Origin: an uncultured delta proteobacterium
Lineage (GTDB): Bacteria; Desulfobacterota; RBG-13-43-22
Reading direction: 5' to 3'
DNA length: 64,000 nt
Assembly (NCBI GenBank): GCA_963743305.1
Contig: CAVUPH010000012.1
Coordinates: forward strand, 32,001 to 96,000
Shown here: positions 50,347-59,792 of the stretch, in pieces
Position numbering within the stretch: the first letter of the stretch is position 1
Layout of the letters: every line of letters starts with the position of its first letter
The notes under the pieces: model-generated
The model's input: only the letters and a program-made list of their open reading frames with translations
What the model was told of the DNA's origin: nothing
Databases searched by the model: none
Made by a program: the position numbers and the translations under genes

Positions 50347-51510
50347 ATGGATTTTGAATTATCGGAAGAATTGCAGGCGGTACGGGAGATGGCCCGCGAT
50401 TTTGGGACCGAAAAGATCGCCCCCTTTGCCGACAAGTGGGATATGGACCATTATTTTCCCTATCAGGAAGTCATCAAGCCCATGGGCGAACTGGGGTTTT
50501 TCGGGACGGTGATCCCTGAAGAATACGGTGGAAACAATATGGGCTGGCTGGCGGCCATGATCCTGACCGAGGAGATCGCTCGGGCCTCCAGTTCCTTGCG
50601 GGTCCAGATCAATATGCTGGCCCTGGGCTGCGCCTTCACTATTTTTCGCTACGGGACCGAGGGCTTAAAAGAAAAATATATCTCCAAGCTGGTCAACGCC
50701 GAATACTTGGGCGGTTTCGGCATCACCGAACCCAACGCCGGTTCGGATGTCATGTCCCTGAAATCCACGGCCGAGGACAAAGGGGATCATTGGTTGATCA
50801 ACGGCTCCAAGACCTGGATCTCCAACGCCAGCATCGCCGACGTACTCATTTATTACGCTTACACCGACCGCTCGGCCGGCGGCCGGGGCCTGTCGGCCTT
50901 CGTCATCGAGCCGAGGAATTTCAACGGGATCTCCACCACCGATCTGGACAAGCTGGGTTCCCGCTCGTCCCCCACCGGGGAGCTTTATCTGGAGGATACC
51001 CGCGTTCCCAAGGAAAATATCCTGGGCAAACCCGGAGACGGGGCCAAGATCGTTTTTGGTTCCCTCAATCAGACCCGGCTCTCGGCGGCCGCCGGCGGCG
51101 TTGGACTGGCCCAGGCCTGTCTGGACAGCGTGACCAAGTACTGCAACGAGCGCGAACAGTTCGGCAAACCCATCGGTCAGTTCCAGATGAACCAGGACAT
51201 GGTGGCCCAGATGACCGTGGAGATTGAAGCCGCTCGTTTGCTGGTTTATAAAGCCGCCTGGCAGAAAGATCAGGGCAACCTGAACAACAATCTAGAAGTG
51301 GCCATGGCCAAATACTTCGCCGGCGAGGTGGTCAACAAGGCCTCCAATTTCGCCCTGCGGATTTTAGGGGCCTACGGCTATTCCACCGAATACCCGGTGG
51401 CCCGGTATTACCGGGATGCCCCCACCTATTTCATGGTGGAAGGCTCGGCCAATATCTGCAAATGGATCGTGGCCCTGGATCAGTTGGGCATCCGGAAAGC
51501 GAACAAGTAG
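50347..51510 (+). CDS. acd: Glutaryl-CoA dehydrogenase, non-decarboxylating type
   Basis: PMGELGFFGTVIPEEYGG, FGITEPNAGSD and YFMVEGSANICK closely resemble the Desulfococcus multivorans enzyme as recalled; adjacent to gcdA. Confidence 0.88.
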   Translation: MDFELSEELQAVREMARDFGTEKIAPFADKWDMDHYFPYQEVIKPMGELGFFGTVIPEEYGGNNMGWLAAMILTEEIARASSSLRVQINMLALGCAFTIFRYGTEGLKEKYISKLVNAEYLGGFGITEPNAGSDVMSLKSTAEDKGDHWLINGSKTWISNASIADVLIYYAYTDRSAGGRGLSAFVIEPRNFNGISTTDLDKLGSRSSPTGELYLEDTRVPKENILGKPGDGAKIVFGSLNQTRLSAAAGGVGLAQACLDSVTKYCNEREQFGKPIGQFQMNQDMVAQMTVEIEAARLLVYKAAWQKDQGNLNNNLEVAMAKYFAGEVVNKASNFALRILGAYGYSTEYPVARYYRDAPTYFMVEGSANICKWIVALDQLGIRKANK

Positions 51511-51550
51511 GGGCAAGGCAGGCCAGGCCGAAAAGCAGCCAACCAAAGTT

Positions 51551-51649
51551 GGGAATGATGGAATATTGGAATGGTGGAATGATAGGCAGTCTGAAATGGC
51601 GTTCCTCCATTATTCCATTGTTCCATTATTCCAATCATCCAATATTCCC
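51551..51649. repeat. Inverted arrays of degenerate 8-mer tandem repeats
   Basis: Four TGGAATNN units, a spacer, then five to six TTCCATTA-like units. Confidence 0.8.
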
Positions 51650-51681
51650 GAGCGTATTTCACTTGAGGAGGTTTTTTAACG

Positions 51682-53457
51682 ATGCACCCTTATTTTAAGA
51701 AAATGGACGACTTGGGCAAGCCTTTAAAGCCCGCTCAGTTCGACAAGATGGCGGAAAACCGGGCCCAGATCGATGCGGTCCTGATGGAAGTGGCGGCCGA
51801 GGTCGAGCGGGTCAAAAACGCGGGTTTACCGGCCGAAAAAATCCATAAACGGGGAGAGATGACCGTTTGGGATCGGATCGAGTATCTGATCGATCCCGGG
51901 ACCTTCTGTCCCTTGCATACCCTTTACAATCCCCGGGACAATGAAGAAGGGATGACCGGGGTAATCGACGGCCTGGCCCGGATCAGGGGCAAGTGGTGCG
52001 TCCTGATCGGGTTCGACAACAAGGTGATGGCCGGAGCCTGGATCGCCGGGCAGGCGGAAAACCAACTTCGGGTGACCGATCTGGCCAAACGGCTCCGGAT
52101 CCCTCTGGTTTGGCTGGTCAACTGTTCCGGGGTCAAGCTCCCTGAGCAGCAGGAAGTATATGCCGACAGGCGCGGCAACGGGACCACCTTCTTCCGCCAT
52201 GCCGAACTGGAACAAATGGGGATCCCCATCCTGGCCGGGATCTACGGCACCAACCCGGCCGGCGGCGGATACCAGGGAATCAGCCCGACCATTCTGTTGG
52301 CGCACAAAAACGCCAACATCGCTGTCGGCGGCGGCGGGATCGTCAGCGGCATGACCCCTAAAGGGTCCTTTGATGAAGAAGGGGCCGAACAGATTATTGA
52401 GGCCACCCGTCATTTCAAACAAGTTCCGCCGGGCAGCGCGGGGGTCCACTTCGACCAGACCGGCTTTTTCCGGGAGGTGTATGAAAATGAAACCGAAGTC
52501 CTGGAGGCCCTCAAGGGATACATGGCCGAAATGCCGGGTTATCATCCGCGATTTTTTCGGGTGGCCGAACCGGCCGAACCAAAGTTCCCTTTGTCCGACC
52601 TGCCTTCCCTGATTGCCTTCAACCAGAAAGCGGTTTACGATTTCGACAATTTCTTAGCCCGGCTGGTCGACAACAGCGAGCACCTGGAATTTCGCCCCGG
52701 GTTCGGCCCGGAGGTCTATACCGGCTTGGTGAAGATTGACGGTTTCCTGATGGGGGTGATCGGTAACCGCCAGGGATTTCTCGGTCCCCAGTATCCGGAA
52801 TACACCAACGAATACATGGGGGTCGGCGGCAAGCTTTACCGCCAGGGTTTAATCAAGATGAACGAATTCGTCACCCAGTGCGGCCGGGACCGGGTGCCGG
52901 TTATCTGGTTTCAGGATACCTCGGGAATCGATGTGGGCGACATCGCCGAAAAGGCCGAACTCCTGGGGTTGGGCCAGTCGTTGATCTACTCCATTGAACA
53001 GACGGACGTGCCCATGATGCTGGTGGCCCTGCGCAAAGGCACAGCGGCGGCCCATTACATCATGGGTGGGCCCACGGCCAACAACCACAACGCCTTCACC
53101 CTGGGCACAGCCACCACCGAAATCTACGTCATGCACGGGGAAACCGCTTCGGTGGCTTCCTTCGCCCGCCGGCTGGTGAAAGAAAAGGACGCCGGCCGCC
53201 CCCTCCAGCCGACCATCGACAAGATGAACGAATTGGCTCAACAGTACTATAACAATTCCCGTCCGGTCTACTGCGCCAAACGGGGTTTCGTGGACGAGAT
53301 CGTCCGCTACGAAGACCTACGTAAGTACCTGGTGGCTTTCACCGATTCCGCCTACCAGAATCCAAAATCGATTTGTCCCCAGCACCACCTGATGCTGCCT
53401 CGCTTGATCCGGGCCCAGGTCGTCAAGGGCTTGGACCGGCCGAAAAAGGAAAGCTAA
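51682..53457 (+). CDS. gcdA: Glutaconyl-CoA decarboxylase alpha (carboxyltransferase) subunit
   Basis: NCSGVKL, GTNPAGGGY, QDTSGIDVG and RKGTAAAHY. Confidence 0.9.
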   Translation: MHPYFKKMDDLGKPLKPAQFDKMAENRAQIDAVLMEVAAEVERVKNAGLPAEKIHKRGEMTVWDRIEYLIDPGTFCPLHTLYNPRDNEEGMTGVIDGLARIRGKWCVLIGFDNKVMAGAWIAGQAENQLRVTDLAKRLRIPLVWLVNCSGVKLPEQQEVYADRRGNGTTFFRHAELEQMGIPILAGIYGTNPAGGGYQGISPTILLAHKNANIAVGGGGIVSGMTPKGSFDEEGAEQIIEATRHFKQVPPGSAGVHFDQTGFFREVYENETEVLEALKGYMAEMPGYHPRFFRVAEPAEPKFPLSDLPSLIAFNQKAVYDFDNFLARLVDNSEHLEFRPGFGPEVYTGLVKIDGFLMGVIGNRQGFLGPQYPEYTNEYMGVGGKLYRQGLIKMNEFVTQCGRDRVPVIWFQDTSGIDVGDIAEKAELLGLGQSLIYSIEQTDVPMMLVALRKGTAAAHYIMGGPTANNHNAFTLGTATTEIYVMHGETASVASFARRLVKEKDAGRPLQPTIDKMNELAQQYYNNSRPVYCAKRGFVDEIVRYEDLRKYLVAFTDSAYQNPKSICPQHHLMLPRLIRAQVVKGLDRPKKES

Positions 53458-53500
53458 GAGGGGTTCAAGCGCTTCCGAAAATTATCTGAATTAGAGCCCG

Positions 53501-53541
53501 ACAAGGTCCAGGCGATTCATCTTGCCTGGACCTTGTATTTT
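53501..53541 (+). terminator. Intrinsic terminator after gcdA
   Basis: 13-bp stem acaaggtccaggc/gcctggaccttgt followed by atttt. Confidence 0.75.
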
Positions 53542-53734
53542 AAAGCTCCGAAATTGGAGGGTGTAAGCAGTCGTACCCCAAAAAAGATCGCCGGAAGTGG
53601 CTTTTCAGTTTAAGAAAATTCGCCCTTCTGCCGATAAGTTAGGCATTTCGCAGTTTGCACTATTCAAATTTCAGTCCTTATTCTTTCCACAGAACCCATC
53701 CCTCAGGGGGGGGGTTGGGGCGGAGGTGCAAAAA

Positions 53735-54634
53735 ATGATACATCGGCCGGTCTTCGGTGGTTTAACCGCTGCAATTATCCTAGTTTTGGGGATGGTTCAC
53801 CCGGTTTGGCCGGATAATAAACTGTTTTTACCCTTGGTTATTACATCAGCCAATCCCCAGCCTACTTCGGCCATTATCGTGAACCACACCAGCACCGATT
53901 TGAGTAAGATCCCGGCCCAGTGGATTACCCAGGCTAAAACGATATTGCGGGCCAGTTACGGCCATACCTCCCATGGCAGCCAGTTGATTACCGGGATGCA
54001 GGCCATTGAGAGTAATAGTTCTCTAAACGTGAATCATCTTTTTGATTTCAATACCAGCGGGGCCGTAGAAACGGGGGTTCAATCTATAAAAGATTCTACC
54101 CCATCCGGGGACCTGGGAAACCCGGATCGAACCTCCTGGGCCAGCCGGACGCGGGATTACTTGAAGAGCACCGCGGGTCAGAACCGCAATCTGGTGGTCT
54201 GGTCCTGGTGCGGACAGGCAGATACCTCCAACCCGGCCGATATAGAAACCTATTTGAATTTGATGAACCAGTTGGAGAATGAATTTCCAAATGTCCGTTT
54301 TGTCTACATGACCGGCCATCTGGTGGGAAGCGGTCCTAGCGGCGACCTATATCAACGCAACGATCAAATCCGGAGCTATGTCCGGACCCACAACAAAATC
54401 CTCTTCGATTTTGCCGACATCGAAAGCTACGCCCCGGACGGGACCTATTATCCCAATGAAAGCGACGGCTGCAACTGGTGTTCCGCCTGGTGCAGCGCCC
54501 ACCCAGCCGACTGCACCAACCTGCCTCCCCTCGGGTCCTGCGCCCATTCTCACGAGTTCAACTGCTACCGCAAGGGAATCGCCTTCTGGTGGCTTCTGGC
54601 CCGTCTGGCCGGCTGGGATGGGGTAACTCTGTAA
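53735..54634 (+). CDS. Secreted hypothetical protein (possible SGNH-like hydrolase fold)
   Basis: GGAGGT RBS, signal-like N-terminus, LFLPLV, YGHTSHGSQ, WSWCG and CAHSH. Confidence 0.75.
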   Translation: MIHRPVFGGLTAAIILVLGMVHPVWPDNKLFLPLVITSANPQPTSAIIVNHTSTDLSKIPAQWITQAKTILRASYGHTSHGSQLITGMQAIESNSSLNVNHLFDFNTSGAVETGVQSIKDSTPSGDLGNPDRTSWASRTRDYLKSTAGQNRNLVVWSWCGQADTSNPADIETYLNLMNQLENEFPNVRFVYMTGHLVGSGPSGDLYQRNDQIRSYVRTHNKILFDFADIESYAPDGTYYPNESDGCNWCSAWCSAHPADCTNLPPLGSCAHSHEFNCYRKGIAFWWLLARLAGWDGVTL

Positions 54635-54645
54635 TTATTCATCCC

Positions 54646-56691
54646 CTATCGCCTCTTCGGCGTCGTCGGCCTATTTACGGGGGCCCCCTCCGAGGGCGAT
54701 GATTTGATGACCACCGGATCCCCGCTGGTGGTGGAGATGGCCACGTCGTCCACGAAAAAATTACTGGTATACCCTTCATCGGTTACCACCTTAAAGGTCA
54801 GATCCAGCGTCTGTCCCCTATACCCCGATAAATTGACTGTGTCCTGAACCCACCCGTTGGTGTTTTGATCGGCGCATAAATCATATCCTTTAAGATTCTG
54901 AGTCCCTAGGAAGATTCCGGCGGTATCATAACCGCAGAGATCATTCGAACCGATCCAGTACCAAAAACTGAGGGTCTGCGCAGTATCGGGAACCTTGATC
55001 TTTTGGGATAAGACGGAAATCTCGAAATCGGCCCCTCCCAGCCAGGCCGCCCAAGTGCCGCTATGGGGGGTGATCTGTAGTCCTTCGACCGGAGTCATAA
55101 CCAGCAGGTACCCGTTGCTGGATGACTCCTGCCAAGTGCCGTCACGCCCGGACTCAAAATCACCGTTTCCAAGGGCGGCGGAAGGCGTCGTCCCCCCCGA
55201 GTTATTAGCGACTAGGGGGAAATAGAGCCACTGGGAGGCCGTGAAGGGCGCGGAGTAAATCACATAATTGGCCGAATAGCCGATGTTGGAAGTGCCCCGG
55301 GTAATCTGCATATAGCCTCCCTCGCCCCAGGAGGCCCCCCAGGAGTTTCTCATAATCCACGTGTTTTCAACATCGTTCCAGCCTACCAGCACCACGGCAT
55401 GGTTGACCCCGCCGCCGCAATAATTTCTTTCGTCAGTACTAAAAACGCCTCCCCGGTAGCCCTGCATCTTCGGGCCGGAACAGACCGCTACGGCCACCGG
55501 CCCATAACTGTAGATGGCATTTTTGATCGCTTCCGCGGCCGGGATGCTGGAATCATTGCCCACATAACTCCAGTTTATCAGCCGGTAGGGGTGGCTGAAC
55601 ACCCGGTTACAGGATTGGGAGGCACCCACGTAGGGAAAATCCGCCTCCAAAACAGCCCCGGGCTGGGTCTGATTGATGGCGGTTTGATTAGAATGGTATT
55701 CATGAGCCCACCAGCCGCCGTTGCAACTATACCCGTCGGTGTTACAGGAAAGCAGGAATTCCTCCGAGAGGTCCGTGGTCAAGCTGCTTTTCCATTTCAG
55801 ATTGGCCTCAAAGGGGCCGACCGTGCCGAAGGCCCAGCAACTCCCGCAATTTCCCTGGTCCCGGACCGGGGTGAGTATCCCGGAATCCCTCCAGTCAAAG
55901 GAGGTGGGGAGTCCTAGAGCCGGCGTTCCGGATAGCGGGGCTTTCCGGTCAGTGGAGAAACGGGGTTGATTGATAGGCGGTTCTGGATTGCTCAGATCGG
56001 AAATCAGGGAGATCTCAGCCGCCTGGAGGGTGATCTCCATTTGGGGGGCTTGGGGTTCGATCCAGGGTCGCCGGTAGAGGAGCCGAACGGCGGTTTCCCC
56101 CTCCGTCACCCCTTCCAGAGAAATAATTTGTCGGGCGGCTCCCCCCAACCTGCTTCCCGAAGATTGAAATTGCACCGCTTCCCCCGGTTTCAATTTCAGC
56201 GCCTCCAGGGTTTGAATTTCCCAGACATAACCGCTGGCCAGATTGGATTCCAGGATTAATTCCAGAGGTTCACCGGACTTGACGCTTCCCCTCAATTCCA
56301 GCAAGGACGGGCCATCAGTAAACGGCAGGGTTGGATCAGTAGCCAGGAACAAGGCCTTTCGAAACTGCCCCCAACCCTCGGTTCCCTGAAGCTGGATCTC
56401 ATAGGTCAAACGACCTTCCGGGCCGACCTGTTTCCGGAGGTTAGGGGTAACCCTCTGGGTCTTGAGTTTCCCCAAGAGTTGATCGGCCAAAAGCCGATCG
56501 ATGTTAGCTTCCCGACCCCTCACTCCCGGGCTGAAAACAATTTGGACCTCCGCTTCCCAATGCTGATCGGACAAAAAGCGGGCTGCGGTTTGGCTGTGAG
56601 CCGGAGAACCGGAAGCCACCCCAAAAAATGTTAAAATCAGAATGGTAATCCTCACAAATAAAGGAGCGAAAATAGGATTAGATATGGACAC
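54646..56691 (-). CDS. Secreted papain-family (C1A) cysteine protease with a chagasin-like I42 domain and a C-terminal beta-sandwich
   Basis: QGNCGSCWAF, NHAVVLVGW and MRNSWG; I42 motifs ESNLASGYVW and YRRPW. Confidence 0.9.
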   Translation of the reverse strand: MSISNPIFAPLFVRITILILTFFGVASGSPAHSQTAARFLSDQHWEAEVQIVFSPGVRGREANIDRLLADQLLGKLKTQRVTPNLRKQVGPEGRLTYEIQLQGTEGWGQFRKALFLATDPTLPFTDGPSLLELRGSVKSGEPLELILESNLASGYVWEIQTLEALKLKPGEAVQFQSSGSRLGGAARQIISLEGVTEGETAVRLLYRRPWIEPQAPQMEITLQAAEISLISDLSNPEPPINQPRFSTDRKAPLSGTPALGLPTSFDWRDSGILTPVRDQGNCGSCWAFGTVGPFEANLKWKSSLTTDLSEEFLLSCNTDGYSCNGGWWAHEYHSNQTAINQTQPGAVLEADFPYVGASQSCNRVFSHPYRLINWSYVGNDSSIPAAEAIKNAIYSYGPVAVAVCSGPKMQGYRGGVFSTDERNYCGGGVNHAVVLVGWNDVENTWIMRNSWGASWGEGGYMQITRGTSNIGYSANYVIYSAPFTASQWLYFPLVANNSGGTTPSAALGNGDFESGRDGTWQESSSNGYLLVMTPVEGLQITPHSGTWAAWLGGADFEISVLSQKIKVPDTAQTLSFWYWIGSNDLCGYDTAGIFLGTQNLKGYDLCADQNTNGWVQDTVNLSGYRGQTLDLTFKVVTDEGYTSNFFVDDVAISTTSGDPVVIKSSPSEGAPVNRPTTPKRR

Positions 56692-57069
56692 GCTGAAGCA
56701 CTCCTTCCATAGTGGCCCGATACTATTAATGGTACTGTGTCACTTTTGGATAGGTAATCCCCCAAAAGGAAAAACCACCCCATTTTATCACCATAGTTTA
56801 ATGATCATAATCGCCACCGTCAAGAGGGAAGTCCCCTGGCATTCCCTTAGAGGAGATCTAGAGGCAAGTCAAAAAAATCCGATTTACCCTGTGGCGCATC
56901 AACGACTCCGGAAAGGGTTTGATGAAGGACCTGCAGGAAATCCGACATTCCGTCGGACAGCCCTGCAGGCGTGGGGTGGGCAAGTGATAAATATTCTAAC
57001 AAAATCGTTTGCGCGATCGGAGGCTTCAATAGACCGGAGTGGCTGATCCTCAATGGGGCTTTAGAAGTT

Positions 57070-59229
57070 TTATCGGCCTATCTTCGCCGATGGCCGGGCG
57101 GACTTTCTTATCCCGGGAGAAAACGGCATCCTGGTTTTAGGAATCTCGCCTGAGCCTTGCAGCGACTGCGGCGACTGGGCCCCCACCAGGATGGACACAT
57201 CATCCAGCAGGAAGCTGCTGATAAATGTTCCGGTAGAATCAGGGGCGATTTCTGCCTTGAAAGTCAAATCCAAGGCTTTACCCCGAAAATTTGCCGGAAT
57301 AGCTACCCTTTCATTCGTCCAGCCCAAAGTTACCTGGTTCAAATCGTAGGTTTTTATAGAGGTAGCGTCCAAGTAAACCGTCCCCGTACTTCCCCCAATA
57401 TTGTCGTTGGAGTCGATCCAATACCAATAACTGAGCTCGGTGGCATCCCCCGGGACAGTGATGTGTTGGGTGACAGTGGCGACCTCAGCAGGATCTCCAC
57501 CCAACCAGACGGCATAATTACCGCTATGATTAGAAATATCATAATCGGATAAATTGACAATTATAAATTCCGACCAGGAATTGCCGGACGTGATGGCCCA
57601 GGTCCCATCCGGCCCATTTTCAAAATCCCCGTTGCAAACAATTTGCTGGCAGGCGCCTTTATCGTTCAAAACCACCGGCAAATAGACCCAATGGGTGACT
57701 GCGGTTTGCGGCGGAGACGGCGGAGGCGTTGGAGGTAACGGCGGAGGACTGGACGTATAGACCACGTAATTGGCCGCATAGCCGATATTGGAAACATTTC
57801 TTTTTATTCGCATATAACCGGACTCACCCCAGCCGGTTCCCCAGGAATTCTTCATGATCCAGGTATCGGTGGCATCGTCCCACCCAACCAGCACCACGGC
57901 ATGGTTGACCTGCCCGGTCTTGCAAACATTTTTTTCATCGCTGGAAAAAATCCCCGAGCGATAACTGGAGAAGGCCGAACCGGCGCAAACAGCCGCAGCG
58001 ACCGGCCCGTAGGTGGCGATGGCGTATTTAATGGCTTCCACCGAAGGCACCCCGTAAGAATTGCCCACATACTTCCAGCTTTCAATCTTCTGGTAATGGG
58101 CATGAGGAGGATTGCAGACGGTGTCGCTGGCGGTATAGGGTAAAAGGGTTTCCAGTACCGATCCCGCTTCGAGTTCACCGGACACCTTTTTGTCATTGTG
58201 ATAATCGTGGGCCCACCAGCCGCCATCGCAACTCCAACCGCTGTCGTTGCAGGAAAGCAGATATTGCTCGGAAAGATCGGCTAATTCCCCCCCGCTGATC
58301 AACAGCTTGGCCTCCAAGGGTGCTACGGTACCGAAGGCCCAACAGCTCCCGCAGGATCCCTGATTTTTGACAGGTGATACATAATTCTGCCCGTTCACGC
58401 TGCGCCAATCAAAGAAAGACGACAATTGCAGCGAACCGGAGGCGATTTCCTCTCCTGGGGTAGTGGTAACCAGGGCTGCCGGGCGCATCAATGGGGGGTT
58501 GGGATTACCTAAGTCGGCCACCAGGGCGATCTCAGGAACCTGAATGGTAGTCTTTCTTTTAGGGACCTGATCGCCCAACCAGGGCCGGCGGTAGGTAAAC
58601 TGGACCGAGGTTTCCGCATCCTCCTGTCCTTCCAGATAGATAATCTGGGTCATGGGGGCACCCAATAGATCACTCTTGGACTCGAAAACGGCATTCCCCT
58701 GCTGAAGGACCTGTTGGGCATTCGCAGCCGTGAGTTCCCAGATAAACCCGGTCGAGGGATTGCTTTCCAAAATCACCGGGATGGACTCCCCTTTTTTGAC
58801 CCTGCCCATCAGTTCCAGAGCCACCGGGCCGTCGGCCAACGGGAGGGTCGGATCAGCGACGACATGAATCACTTTTCTAAACTGATCCAACCCCTCGTTT
58901 CCCTGGAGAGTGATCGTATAGGTGAAGCCGGCATTTCTTTCCGGACTCCGGGATACATGATAGGCTACCCGGTGTGATTGAACCTGCTCCTGGAGGGTTT
59001 GCCGAATCTTCTGAACTATCCCTGCTTCCCGCGCAGCCATGTCCGGGCTGAAGGTTATGGCAATATCCGCTTTCCAATCTTGACTGCCGGTTTGGATCAA
59101 TTCACCAAAACACTCCCTCGGCCCGAGGGAAAGCAAAGTGATAAAAGCCAAAGAAAAGAAAAATGCCAACCCGCCCATCAGTCGCTTCAGCGGGTTGAAG
59201 TTTTCGCGAAACTGATTGAAATTATTCAT
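57070..59229 (-). CDS. Second secreted C1A protease with a chagasin-like I42 domain (tandem paralog)
   Basis: QGSCGSCWAF, NHAVVLVGW and MKNSWG; ESNPSTGFIW, LLGAP and YRRPW; Pro-rich linker. Confidence 0.9.
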   Translation of the reverse strand: MNNFNQFRENFNPLKRLMGGLAFFFSLAFITLLSLGPRECFGELIQTGSQDWKADIAITFSPDMAAREAGIVQKIRQTLQEQVQSHRVAYHVSRSPERNAGFTYTITLQGNEGLDQFRKVIHVVADPTLPLADGPVALELMGRVKKGESIPVILESNPSTGFIWELTAANAQQVLQQGNAVFESKSDLLGAPMTQIIYLEGQEDAETSVQFTYRRPWLGDQVPKRKTTIQVPEIALVADLGNPNPPLMRPAALVTTTPGEEIASGSLQLSSFFDWRSVNGQNYVSPVKNQGSCGSCWAFGTVAPLEAKLLISGGELADLSEQYLLSCNDSGWSCDGGWWAHDYHNDKKVSGELEAGSVLETLLPYTASDTVCNPPHAHYQKIESWKYVGNSYGVPSVEAIKYAIATYGPVAAAVCAGSAFSSYRSGIFSSDEKNVCKTGQVNHAVVLVGWDDATDTWIMKNSWGTGWGESGYMRIKRNVSNIGYAANYVVYTSSPPPLPPTPPPSPPQTAVTHWVYLPVVLNDKGACQQIVCNGDFENGPDGTWAITSGNSWSEFIIVNLSDYDISNHSGNYAVWLGGDPAEVATVTQHITVPGDATELSYWYWIDSNDNIGGSTGTVYLDATSIKTYDLNQVTLGWTNERVAIPANFRGKALDLTFKAEIAPDSTGTFISSFLLDDVSILVGAQSPQSLQGSGEIPKTRMPFSPGIRKSARPSAKIGR

Positions 59230-59510
59230 GATCGTTTAATTAGGTGTAATTCCGTTGAGGTGCTCTCCCCTTATTTGCTTAGTACTCTTATCGGCATTTC
59301 CCGGACAACCTTAAATCCTGCCTCGCCTTTTGCGGAGGTGGGATAAACCGCTCGAAATCGTTCCCCCGATCACCCGGGTCGGGCTAAAACGAAAAGATTT
59401 CCAAACCGCTTTTATTTTATTGCCCGTTTTACCGATAAGGCCGGTAAGGAGCGGACCAACTGTCTTTTTTCAGAAAATTTGGAAAAGAAAGAAAAGTCGG
59501 ATTTTTCCGA

Positions 59511-59706
59511 ATCAGGAGAGATAAACCCTCAGTCTTGAATTTCAAGACCGATATATCCGAGCGGAGGCACTTGGAGAAGGCGCTAAAAAGATCGGATCGA
59601 ATATGACGGCCGGCCGATGGTTCTGGGCAATTTTTTCGACATCACCAACCGGAAACAGGCCGAAAGGGCGTTGGAAAAAAAGGTCTTTAGCCCAATAGAC
59701 CTCTAA
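59511..59706 (+). pseudogene. Remnant of a multi-PAS sensor gene (two PAC motifs, out of frame)
   Basis: KPSVLNFKTDISERRHLEKAL, then RIEYDGRPMVLGNFFDITNRKQAERAL in another frame. Confidence 0.65.
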
Positions 59707-59792
59707 TCCGTCAAGTTCTTGACTTAATCAAGGGCCTGGAAGGGTAGCAGACCAGCCCTTCGAGATTAACCTATTGAAAGACAAAAGAGTTT

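Noticed and set aside
51551-51649. Possible CRISPR array
   Set aside because: The units are 8-bp degenerate repeats without unique spacers, and no cas genes are present.
53706-53714. G9 tract as a phase-variation switch
   Set aside because: It lies outside the likely CDS and is not clearly in a promoter spacer, and homopolymer lengths are unreliable in this assembly.
57005-57065. c-di-GMP-I riboswitch upstream of protease 54646..56691
   Set aside because: Only tagaccggag resembles part of the motif; the GGCAAAC/GAAA/CGCAAAGC elements are missing.
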